The notes below the pieces were generated by a model. The model was not told the origin of the DNA. It worked only from the letters and a program-made list of their open reading frames with translations, and did no database searches. Below, piece after piece: positions 51,717 through 62,959 of a stretch of 64,000 nt of DNA. Source of the DNA: Dicyema japonicum (lineage: Eukaryota > Animalia > Dicyemida); assembly GCA_011109175.1 (NCBI GenBank), contig RDEW01000077.1, positions 51,125-115,124 on the forward strand, read 5' to 3'. Within the stretch, counting starts at the first letter, position 1; each line of letters opens with the position of its first letter. The position numbers were made by a program, and so were the translations under genes.

Positions 51717-52438
51717 ATGGAAGATTATTTTGTTGCAATGGCTTCTTACAAGGGTTTTGTGAAAGATTGCGTTGAATATCAAACTTTAAAAGATGCTTTG
51801 CATGATAAATTTCCCGAAAATCTTCCGAGGCACCGAAAATATAGGCTTGTAAAGAAGATAGAGAATTTTTCTATTATCAATGACAGGTATTGTAAATTTT
51901 CAATAATTTTAGACTGTATCTTAAATCAACTGATCCCAAGTTAATCATATCCCTCGATAATGAAACCGAAATGGAGCATGTTGCGAAATCGTTGCACGAG
52001 TTTTCACACGGAGGAGTCAATAAAATTGAGTATGAATGTCGACAAAGATACTTCACTGTAGAGAATGAGATTATCAGAAAAAGTCATTCGAAATTGTGAA
52101 GTCTGTAAATTTTCGCGTCCTTTAAAAGTTCGTGATTTTTTTATAATTGGAGATATAAATCACCATGTGTTTGCTTCTTCTCCAAATGAACGTTTTCAGG
52201 TAGATCTAATAGACCTGAAAAAATTTTCAACATTAAATGAAAATTTCAAATGGATTTTAACGGTCATTGACATATATAGTAGGCTGGTTTTTTTTTAATT
52301 TATAGATTCGCTTTTGTACGACCACTCTATAATAAGTCTGGTAAAGAAGTATGTGAAAACTTAAGATCTTTGTTCCGCCTGAATGGGCCATGTAAATTTC
52401 TTCAGTCGGACAATGGATCTGAATTTAAAAATCAATAA
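51717..52438 (+). pseudogene. Integrase of the inner element, intron-containing and C-terminally truncated
   Basis: Introns 51,887-51,912 (GT-AG) and 52,283-52,305 (GC-AG) give NDR|LYLK...SLHEFSHGG...RNCEVC...FQVDLIDL...WILTVIDIYSR|FAFVRPL...LQSDNGSEFKNQ*. One +1 shift lies in an A-run at ~52,080. Confidence 0.88.
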
Positions 52439-53009
52439 ATAAGTATTATCCAGTTGCAGAAATAATTAATATTTTATCGAATAATCGCGTGGAGGTAGTT
52501 TTAAATAGTTTAATTTGATAGATAAAAAATTCGAAAGGAGAAATATCGGCTGTATTAATGAGTAGACTAAAAAAAGTTACTTAAATTTAATTTTTGTGGT
52601 TAATAAATCATTTATAAATTAATTGAAGTTAATTGAAGTTAATCTTGGTTCAAGGTTAATGTAACAGGCTGCCCATAGGTAACGCTTGGCCCATGTGACA
52701 TATTTAAGTTGATTCTGCTATAGAAGATTTTGTAATTTTACTAGCCTCCACCATGTGTGGGCGGAGGCCACGTACGGGCCGTGACATATTATAATTGGGG
52801 CAAACATTTTTTAACTAAAAAATTGAAAAAATTTAACTTTAAAAAGTTAAGTTTATTAACTTATAAACCAAATTTTTCAACCTTAAAATTAAAAAATTTA
52901 ACTTTACTTTTTTCTCAATTTGAACTTGTAAAATATAGATACGAACCAATAAAAGAAAACTTATTTTTTAAAGACTATTTATTGGAAATGGACATTACGT
53001 AATTTTCCA

Positions 53010-53300
53010 GATTTCGTGTACAAAAGTTTCTGTTTGTCCTCAAATATTTTGAAATGCGAATGACATTGATAATTTGTTAAGCGGAATGTCACATTTCAGA
53101 AGAGCCTTAGTCACCTTTTAATTCCAGTTTCCAATTTCAGATTCATTTAATTCTTGTTGGCTATGTGTTGTCAAGCGATTTCTCTATATCATCGAAAAAT
53201 CTTTACCAACGGAAATTTTGTTTATTTGACAACCTGCGAAGGTTAACAAAGTGCTTTTTAGAACTTCACTGTCGTTAAACATAACTTACAAAGTAACTAA
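53010..53300 (-). mobile_element. Possible CGGBP1/hAT-type transposase remnant
   Basis: TKALLKCDIPLNKL resembles the DL..AL...NIPL.KL motif of these proteins; short and degenerate. Confidence 0.35.
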
Positions 53301-53711
53301 CTAATGGTTATTATGTATTTGAAATTCTCCGAAATTCGTTCATAATTAATGTTGCTTTAGTCAGAGAAGACTTAGAAATACGTGCCATAAAAAACGTGTA
53401 AACTACATGCTGTTTAATATTTATTTAATAGTAAAATAATAATTTGTTTAAATAATTAAAAAAATAACCTTAAAAAAATTAACCTTAAAAAATTAACCTT
53501 TATTTTTTACGAGTGTCCACCATGTGCAATGGCACTACAAATGCCCAAACACTAAATTTCCTAAAATGAGAGATGTGAATACACAAAACAGGATTTTTTT
53601 CTGCCTCATCAATCCCTACAGTGCATTTGTTATACAGCGGCCCCTCACTGACTTTATTTAACACAAGATTAATTTTTACCATGAATTTCTTTACAATGCA
53701 GCTTTCTTTTA

Positions 53712-53960
53712 TATTATTACCTCCCAGGATCACTGGGTCAAAGAGAAAGAAATAAAAGTTCTCATCTAACTAAGTGATCCCAGACCGACAAAGGTGAGAA
53801 CGAGTCCGGCGGGGTCGAGAATCCTGAACAGCTCTTCTCATTGGACATGGTATCGGCTCAAAATTTTTGTATGATTGTAGATAATTCGATAGTATTTGGA
53901 ATAGAGGGCAGCTCGGTAGAATAGCCTCTTTTATAGCAGCTTTCTAATTTAGTTAAAGAT
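53712..53960 (-). mobile_element. Retroposon 3' end, same family as 51,467-51,573
   Basis: Near-identical ~90 bp including the GGATCACT/AGTGATCC inverted repeat, extended further 5'. Confidence 0.75.
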
Positions 53961-56900
53961 GAAAACTAACTACCCTACTATATGTAGCATCAATGTCAAG
54001 TACTGTAGCGTTTATTTAATGTAACCGCAATGGACATTTAACTTAAAACAACCCGATAGGCTTCTTGTAGATACGTGATTAAATTACTGGCTATTTAACC
54101 TAGTTTTATGACGCAAAACATCGTCTTGATTCCTTTATGAGACAATAATGTTTTTTAAAGTTTTCTTGATAACCAGTGACTGAATATATGTTTTTTGTTG
54201 ATACCAACGAATGTGATGTTTATGTCCATCAAATAATCATCAAGGTGAAAGTAGTCAATTTGTCATAAAGAAATTATATATTTTATTTAATTTTTATTTA
54301 CATTTAAATTCAAAATTTTTACTTAAAATTGATTTACAGAAATCCAAAAAACTTGATAGGTTTCCGCCTAAAACTGCATGGTTTCTTCCCTCAGCTGGTA
54401 TTGGGCTGATTGTTAGCAATATAAGAAGGTTTCGCTTTTCCAGCGACCATGGAAACTGAATACATTTAATTATTTATTTGTTCTCTTTTTGTTTGAGTCA
54501 ATCTCCGAGTCTTCATAAAACTCGTCAATTTTTCAACTTGATTATACGCATAAGTGAAATCTTCTTCTTTGCTCACCAAAGAAGTTATTTTTAATACGCT
54601 TTTAGTATGCACATTCAATGGCTCAGCCAATGTGTTCAAAACATTACAAGAGGTAAAAGACTAATAAGTCCTCAGTTCCTCGAATAACAGCGAAAATCAC
54701 TAATAATGCGCCTAAAATGACCTCCTTAAAACTTAATCGTTTTTCGTACGTTTTAGGGAGAAGATTCACACATCCCACAATATCTAGGAAGAATAGTAAC
54801 TACCGATAATATGAGGACATACATTCTCATTCGTGCAGAAGAAAACTTTTAAAATATGACGGTTGAGCACAAGCGCGGGAAAAGCCCTGTTTTAAGTCAA
54901 CTAATCGACAAACAACCCGATCCTTATATAATTCTTTACCCGCTTAGCCCTAATCGCGCTTGAGACTTCAGGGAGTCGGGACTGTCACCAGGCGTGTTAT
55001 CCGATAGATTGGAACCAAAATCTCGTCATGCTAAGAGATCGGGAATGTCGTTGGTTCCATGGAGCCTCGGGATCATAATTGTTTGTGGAAATGCCCTCTG
55101 TCTATTGGAAAAACTAATCGTAGGGAACCAAAGAATGTTCTTCACTTTTTTATTGTGTATGAGTTTTTGTAGACAATTCTGTTTTGCAGTGAAGTTTTAA
55201 ATAAATAAAATCAACTTTTTCTCAAAAAGTATCAAAGGATTTACGTTAATGCCCTATAGCAGTCATACAACTTAAATCATTGAGGTCAGGCGTCTTCAAC
55301 TCCCATAATACTCCATATAGCAGCAGTCATAAAACTTAAATCATAAACACACGGCCAAGAGTGATAGGCGTGTCCAAATCCCGAATACTTCCATCAGAGA
55401 TCTAACGGCTCTTTTTGGCAATTATTATTAACCTCGGATAGCAGTAGACAACTATTTAAGTGTATTCAGTTTCTACGGTTACAAAAACAGATTCCTTCCA
55501 TACAGAACCAGCATAAGAGGTAAATTACGTTTATTCCTTTCAGTTGTCCAGTGAATGGGGGAGAGTATATGATCATTTTTCATGCCTTTCTGCCACTGGG
55601 CGCCACCTGAGACAGGCAGAGAGAAACGATAAACAGAGAAAAAAACAGAAATCTTAAATCAATTATCCACATATCGATACATGGCGCCACGTGGCATTCG
55701 TAGCAAGGAAAAAATAAATCATTCGACCAAGCAAGTAGCTGTGTAGAACGCGAACGACATCACTAATCACAAAGCAATCTGGTCAGCAGCCTAATTAGCA
55801 GCACTGGCATTTTTTGTCATTTTATTTATTTACCATTTTTTACCATTAAGACAGATGAGTCAAAAAATCAATTATTATATTAATATTATTAATTTATTAT
55901 ATGTTTTAAGAGTTTCTCAAATTAACATTAAGATTTTGGTTTTGTTGAAGTTGATCATTTCAATCTCACTTTCAAGCATTTTCTCTCCTATTTTACCCAA
56001 ATCAACATAAACCATGTTTTGAGTTTATAAACTAATTCTTGCAATTCAGTCTCGGGAGATAAATAGTCTGCGGTCTGTTTAATCACTTCTTCTCCCATGT
56101 CATTTAAATTTAGATTCAATATTGAATGCAACGTTTTAGCAGATTCACTAATTTATTTGTCCGCCAGTTGGCTGAGTTGTAGTATTTTGAGAAGCGGACT
56201 TCGTTTGGCATATTCTCGATCTCCTATTCTGTCAGATAGAATCCGATGCCCGAATAAAGTTGGGGATTTCGTAGAGACCAATATAGTTGGAGACTTCTCT
56301 TCTTTCCTTTATTTGTTTTCCCATTCTGTTATTTAGTATCAGAATGAACCCCCAATCATGCAGTATTTAAAATTATCTTCCAGGGTCTGGTAGATCTCCC
56401 TGCCTCTTTTCTTGGAAGTAAAGACAAGTACGGCTCGATTTTCATGTTTGCCTTATAAATTTCATCATGTATTCTAGTAATGAAAAATTCGTACTCTGGG
56501 TTGACATTCCACATGAATCAGAGTCATCGTGTGATCTTGAAGTGAAAATTGAGTTCCCACTAATGGCCATATTCACAATACAGTTAGGACGCGGAAGACC
56601 CCGGTAGAATTGGCTATGTTCACCATCGAGCTGTATGGATTTCCATCCAAGGGCACTATTTGGATTCCAATCTGTGTTTTGTTGATGAACAGTATACAAT
56701 TCTTTCTGCCACTGCAGTACTAACATTCTGAATGGTTAATAGTGAAGACTACTTTTGCAGAAAAGTTTTAAGGGTACCTATTCCGTTTTGTGGCACATCA
56801 AAGTTTTTTTTTTATAATGACTGATAGGTGTGATTTAAAAACTCTCTTCGGAGAATTGTGGGGAGATTGTAAAGCACCTCGCCCATTTGCTCAGTGTGAA

Positions 56901-57024
56901 TATTATTGGAGTCACATGAGTTGAACATGTTTTCGTTGAGAATTTAATGGACAAGTCTTTTGTCTTCCCGCATTAAATTTATTTTAATAATTAAATAATA
57001 TTAGATTTGGGGTAATTTAGAGTT

Positions 57025-57113
57025 CGTGTGGGGTCGAGGGAGGAGCATCGTCCAAGTGCTGGGATTACGTGATTAGTTAGTTTGTGTAACCGTTGTCTCT
57101 GATGTTATTATTA
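57025..57113 (+). mobile_element. 89-bp retroposon with a (TTA)n tail and an 8-bp TSD
   Basis: TTAGAGTT at 57,017-57,024 and 57,114-57,121; same family as 11,712-11,790. Confidence 0.75.
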
Positions 57114-58875
57114 TTAGAGTTGGGATGAAGAGTTGGTCGATGGCTTACGAAAAAACTTCTCTTAATACACACATACTGAAGAACTGGACCAACATTTTGT
57201 ACAAGAATACTTATTAGACCCTTATTGTAACAGACGACTTTTCCATTATAATTATCGAATATTCTCCACTTTCCCAACTCCCATAATATAAGTGATCCAA
57301 AGGCTGACAATTCATTATCACTTGATATGATATTAAGGTAATATTCAATCTCAGTCTCCAATTGTTCCCTAACAAATTATAACAACGAGAACCTGCAACC
57401 AAGATTTAATAGACATCTTAAATAACCAACGATGGACTCTTCACTATTGTCCTTTTTGTACTCCTCCAAAGCTGACTCCCACTCTCCTATCTGTTCATGC
57501 CATTGTCCAGTAAGTCTATGTTGGTACTTCCGATCAGATAAATCTAACAATATTCCACTCACTGCAGCCGGAAGAGCAAGTAAATTATATTAACTAATAG
57601 TCACCAAAAAATTTCCACACTCTCTTCAGTAGTGAACGTCATCTCACCGTAATATAAAGCTTTTGTAAAGTCCTGACAATCGTAGGCTACATTGCACAAC
57701 AGTGATGAGGGAATAGAGCATTTATTCTGCCAAATAATAAGTAAAATAACATAAAAATAGCGTTCAAAATATTCAACAAAATCCAAAATTTATGAGTGAA
57801 CACATAGACAAGGGGACGTTTTAAGACGTTTTTCAACAAGATCATCATTTTATCCCAATAGCAACATGAGTCCGACTTTAAATGGAAACAAATTCACAGA
57901 AAACAGATCTCTGTTGATTATTAGTAATATAACTTTGAAATGATGGATGCAGTGGAACAATATTTTGATAGTCTGGTAATGCTCAATCACACTTTGAGGA
58001 AATTGTCTTGATAATTAATCAAAAAGTCAGGAAAATCTAAGTACTATAAAATTATGATACTTTTAATATTTCCGAGCGAAGCATCCTTTATTAGATTCTT
58101 GTAAATTCTTGAGTAACAAATGAGAAATACCCTTGTCGAAACCACTGTTCCCCTTAATTGCTACAATGGGACTATCACTAACATGATCATTAAAAGTAGC
58201 GTCACTTTGGTCATTAATAGACATGAATACATTTACTTTATCGATAAATAGACCCTACTACTCCCAACAGTTTTGTGATCCTTGAGTTACAACAAAGTGA
58301 ACCTTAATTTCCAGACCACGTAAGTTACAATGTAAGAATAGTTCTAGATATGAGAAAACATCACTAACTGATTGTGGGACATATCCTGTGGTAGTTATGA
58401 GTCTCTTAATGCATTTACAGTGAATACCAACAATTTGTTGTTGTCGTTGAATATTCGTGGGAATGATGAAACAAATCTGAACTATTCTATCAATTTCAGG
58501 ATTGAATGAGTAATACAAAAACCTAAATTTTAACAAAGTAAACTTCCGAGACTTTAATAAGCAAAATAATTAGCATAATTGTTATTGCAGGATTACCATT
58601 CACAGCCTCTATCTTGATATGATTACTTAAACTAGGAATAAAAGTACCTTGACTACAAACTGTGCCTGATTCACAATGACTCTTACTTCTTTGTGAAATG
58701 AAATAATTGGTACAACAGCCGAGCATTACAATAGGTTTTTGTCAAACAGGTAGAATAACTAGTCTTCAACAAGCTAGAAATGAAATAATATGTCATGAGC
58801 CTAGGGTGTTACCGATCCTAGGTGCTTGCACTTATGGACTTAGAAAAAAATTCAAAAAAATATTCGGGAATTAAT

Positions 58876-58970
58876 GTCTATCTGACGAACAGCGACCGAA
58901 GGCCGCATAGGGAAATAGTGTCTATCTGAAGAATAGTGACCGAAGGCCGCATAGGGAATTATTGTCTATC
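58876..58970 (+). repeat. 44-bp tandem repeat (about 2.4 copies) with a GC hairpin
   Basis: GTCTATCTGAnGAAyAGyGACCGAAGGCCGCATAGGGAA at 58,876 and 58,920; third start at 58,964. Confidence 0.85.
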
Positions 58971-58979
58971 AGGGATGTA

Positions 58980-60740
58980 GTTTCATGCGAGATTTAATAA
59001 TAATGTTCTATCTATGTTTAGCTTGTTCTCTATTAGGTTCTGCGTAACTAATGCCAGAAGTTTCCGTAAGGTGTTTAGCAGGATAATTGGACGTAGGTTT
59101 TCAACAGGCCCAGCATGCTTGTTAGGTTTTTGTATTGGTATTAATAGTCCGGATCCAAGAGCTGGGTATTTTTTTATAAACATAGTTGAGTAGTTCTGCC
59201 AACTTGTCTGTTAGTGCAGGTGGCCCATATTTGACAAGTTCTGAATTGATTACATCCGGTCCATGGGAGCGACCATTCTTAATTTTGACCATTGCATTTG
59301 AGATTTCGTCAGGTGTGTTAACTTTATCAAGTTGAATGGCGTATCCACAAATATAATCAGATATTTCTCGCGGACAGTTAATATATCCTCGAAATACGAC
59401 GCAATATATTCTACCTGATCTTTGGGATTTGTTAAGAATCTTCCATTTCCGTCATGGAGTTTAAGTTTGTTTTCTTCTGTTGAGTAGACGGATTGCAGTG
59501 AACATTTTTGATGAGTCTTTAAACTGTTCAACTTCTGCAGCTCTTAGATCAAGTAGGTTAGTGACGTGCTTGTTATTCAAAATCTTTATGGTTTTCTGGG
59601 TCAATCTTCTTCTAGACTTTAAGGTTTGTTTCCTGTCCGGATCAGGCGTATTTTTCAGCTGTAATCTTAGTTCCATTTGTTATTTAATAAAGGCGGGAAC
59701 ATATGGATGTGTACATTTTTTAGACAGTGCTGAGACCAGGTTTCGATACTCCCATTTGCTGCCAAAAGTATCCCTTTCATTGTCTCCGCCCAGGTGCTTC
59801 CTGGCGGAAGTCCGGGATTCAGGTTTCGGAGAAATCTTGTAATTGATATTTGGTAGTTGTTTCTGATCGATGTAAAGTAACACAGTTGTTTCATTTTGTA
59901 GCTTCTTCTTACATTTACGTTTAGCTCTCTTTTTATTAGGTCAGTCAAAGTCCTCATTGTGAACTTGGCAGAGACTATCTTGTGATCACCGTCAAAACTG
60001 CACCTCCGTATGACCTCGAGTCACGTAGGAGTGATTTTTCTTTGACTCGGCAGATGATGTAGTCGATTTGATTGAAAATGTTAATAGAGCCTATGGTAGA
60101 TAAGTCGTTGCCCAGTCCATGTCGTTTTATGACGTGCGGTATGTTGGAAACCAGTATTACATAGGAACAGATCAAATGCCTGGCAAAACTCTGCCAAGAT
60201 GGTTCCGGGAATGTTTCTGATTTCTCTTCTGTGCTGGTCAATGAAGCTTTCATTTCCTTTACGGGTTCCCACTTTCGCATTCCAGTCCTTGACAATAAAC
60301 AATAAGTATGATAAACAGAGGTCTGTTAATATCCTTCCCAGTTCCTGTAGAACAGCTCGAGTTCTTCCGGATTTTTTAGGATACGTCCACTGTGTGGTGC
60401 GTAAACGTTGATAATTGAGATTAGTCTCCTCGAATTTCTGCTTGATCTTGTACGTAGTTGTAAGACACTGATTCTGTCATTGATTTTCCAGTAACGATAT
60501 ACTCTGGAAATATAGTCCTTGTGTATGGCAAAGCCTTGTTCATAATGCCTCGATTCCGAGGTAAGCAATAGTAACCTGTAATTTGCATGTGTTTCATCGA
60601 ATCCTTTTTTATTTTAGTCTCCTGCAGGCAGCATACAGAACCCCGGTATTTCTCAACATCGGAACATAGAAGCTGCCTCAGCCACGTTGTTCAGGCCTCT
60701 GACATTGAAGGTTAGGATAGTCAGGTCATTAAATTGTTCT
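58980..60740 (-). mobile_element. RTE-like LINE: APE endonuclease, linker and N-terminal RT (3'-truncated)
   Basis: TFNVRGL...INVYAPH...DWNAKVG...LCNTGFQH.ARHKTTW...NQIDYI...SRSYGGA...IPIQKPNK.AGPVENLRPIILLNTLRK. Confidence 0.9.
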
Positions 60741-61789
60741 GAATCCTTCAAAGCTATTAGAAGATTTAATTTCAAATTTCCATTTGATTTTCACTCATTT
60801 TGAAAACTGAAAAATTTACAAATTTCTAAAATAAGTCTTAAATGACCTTGACGTGGGACTTTGAGTCAGGTAACTGAGTTCATAATCCACAATTATAGTA
60901 ACAAACCTAATCAATAGCGCTTTTACATGATCTCTAGTATCATTCTGCAATAACAAGACAAATATACTGATTTATCATTAAGGGCATGGAGGAGAACAAA
61001 CAAAATGGTATCAAAATGTGAAATAAAACTGTACATGTCGACTTTAATGAGCTCATTAAGAAGTATTGCCTACAATGTAAGCCCATAAAATACAGCTCCT
61101 CGTCTTTTTGAAGACATTCCATAGTAAAGATACTCAATGTGCAGTTTAACGTCAAAATTGAGTAAATTATCGAAAAACTTTAAAGAGATTCTCTCAGCAA
61201 TGATCGAATGAGCAACGGAAATTATGTACAAGTCGATTCTACTCAAATCTCTCAGCAGAGAACGCATGTAGTATATAATTTTGATTGCCAGATCATCCAC
61301 GTTAAGGTCAAACTCAATCAAAATCACTATAATGTTATAATAAAACAGAACTGAGGGCAACAATGGAGCCGGCATTTGTATTCGCATCCGTCAACATTCA
61401 ATTGATATAAATGTAAATTCCGTTGATTATATGTCTTAGTTTTATAGGAAAAATCCGCATGCAAACAACTCAGGACTTCCAATAGATGTAGTCCCGCTTT
61501 TATCTGAAGATTGATATCATTTTCGACAAATTCATTTTAAATCGCTACAAGCAATTTTTATATACATCTCAAATTTTACGTTATAAAAGTCACCGCCAGA
61601 TGAAAATCAACTAGAGACAGTTATTTATTGATTTATTTAAATAATTTAATTAATATATTTTTTATAATATATATAAAAAGCCACGATGCATGTGAGATCC
61701 GCTGGCTTCTCCAGTTGATTTTTGTTGCAATCGTGTATATGCACTTACATGTCCAAAAGTTACACGGATCGACTACTCGAGTGGTTTAA

Positions 61790-62400
61790 TGAAAATCGGA
61801 TGTCAATCGATACTGAAAAATCTGTTACAACTCTCTATACCTCATACAAAAGATTGTCGAATAGGACAATAAAAGTTACTTGAGAGGGAAGAGAATTGCC
61901 GTTCAGCAAATGGCAAAAAATATTGGGTCTAACTTTCGATACGCACATGAACTTTTCGAGACATGTCACTAACGAGCTGAACAATCGTGAGAAGAAATTC
62001 AACCTTCTGAAATGCTTAACAGGTATATGGAAAATTGGACATCACCCTATTCTTAAAACGCTCTACTCACAGTACATCGAACCATGCATGTCATACGCGT
62101 GTACTTCATGGGGACCACTGCCCTCTTATACGAACATCCAGAAAATCTCCGCAACCCAGAAAAGGGCCTTCAAACTAACGGAGAGCTGGTACACAGGGAA
62201 TACATTAAATCACCGACGCCCATGGAGAAACTAATCGAAAAAAAACAAAAATGGACACCAATGCCAAAAAGAAAGTGCTCGTCCGCAACGAATTTGTGTA
62301 GGCTCAAAGGATCAACACCGAGAAAAGATGAGAGCCTTGATCCAATTCGTCGGGATCACTTAGTTTAGTTTTTTCGGTTTAACAGTGGTTTTGGAATTAA
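61790..62400 (+). mobile_element. I/Jockey-like LINE, post-RT region and 3' end
   Basis: WFNENRMSIDTEKS...KILGLTFDTHMNFSRH...YIEP.MSYACTSW...QKRAFK; related to 1,220-2,800. Confidence 0.8.
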
Positions 62401-62959
62401 TTTAATCGTGAGAGGCAACGCAACGTCGATAATGTCGGCGGGGTCCACTTTGGATGGATGGCTGTGTTAATTATTTATTTGTTGATTACTGATTTTATTT
62501 AAATAATTTAATTGGACTTTTTTACATTTTTATGGTCAGCATACGGATTTTTTGGTTGAGGTTGGTGACGCATTTCAAATTACACAAATGTCTTTTTCAC
62601 TCTTTTCAAACTCTCTGTTCATCCTTCAACGTTTGAGAACTAAAGGCGTCGGTCAAAAAGAGGTCACTCTGCCAGGATCTGAAACGATACAACATTACTA
62701 TCTGCAGCTTGCAAGAGACCAAACTCAAAAAAAGACTTAACCAAATAAATGCTGACCACGACCATATCTTGCTTCTTTCGGACTATCACCACTACGGAAT
62801 GGGCTTTGCGGTAAATGTCAGACTCCGGGAATATACAAAAAGAACATGGAAAGTGAATGACAGAACTTGCGTAATTCAATTGTAAACTGGATCTAATTCT
62901 ACAATTATAAATGTATATGCACCTACATCTCCATAGGTCTCTAAAACCCAACGGAACTG

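Larger units (their letters stand above)
51386..52700 (+). mobile_element. Inner (nested) Ginger2/TDD-like integrase DNA transposon
   Basis: 43-bp TIRs TGTCACATGGGC...ATGGGCAGCCTGTTACATT (51,386-51,428 / 52,658-52,700; 6 mismatches); 5-bp TSD TATTT (51,381-51,385 / 52,701-52,705). Confidence 0.9.
47591..52786 (+). mobile_element. Outer Ginger2/TDD-like integrase DNA transposon (about 2.15 kb after removing nested insertions)
   Basis: 34-bp TIRs TGTCACGGCCCGTACGTGG..C.GCCCACACAT at 47,591-47,624 and 52,753-52,786; 5-bp TSD TATTA (47,586-47,590 / 52,787-52,791); internal integrase gene. Confidence 0.9.
57130..61410 (-). pseudogene. MTOR: Fragmented TOR kinase gene (N-terminal HEAT repeats and start of the FAT domain; kinase domain not seen), interrupted by a LINE
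   Basis: Ordered matches to mTOR, recalled from memory: TDANTNAGSIVALMILIE ~ SDANERKGGILAIASLIG; YYMRSLL ~ NYLRNLL; KRRGA|AILLNEL ~ GRRHAAVLVLREL; TTGYVPQ...LELFLH ~ STGYVVEP...LEVLLN; NRDLFSV ~ ARDLFNA; CQDFTKALYYGEM ~ CRAYAKALHYKEL; WHEQIGEWESAL ~ WYEKLHEWEDAL; LWELGKW ~ AWGLGQW. Confidence 0.85.

Noticed and set aside
55258-55395. Direct repeats (GCAGTCATA.AACTTAAATCAT twice) as a regulatory or CRISPR array
   Set aside because: Only two imperfect copies of a 65-85-bp local duplication.
56442-56726. GDP-mannose pyrophosphorylase-like hexapeptide region (NSALGWKS)
   Set aside because: A single short resemblance with no nucleotidyltransferase motifs; the region is unresolved and may be degraded TOR sequence.
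58881-58945. Hammerhead ribozymes from CTGACGA / CTGAAGA
   Set aside because: Followed by GAAG rather than GAAA and no closable stem II; kept only as a repeat.
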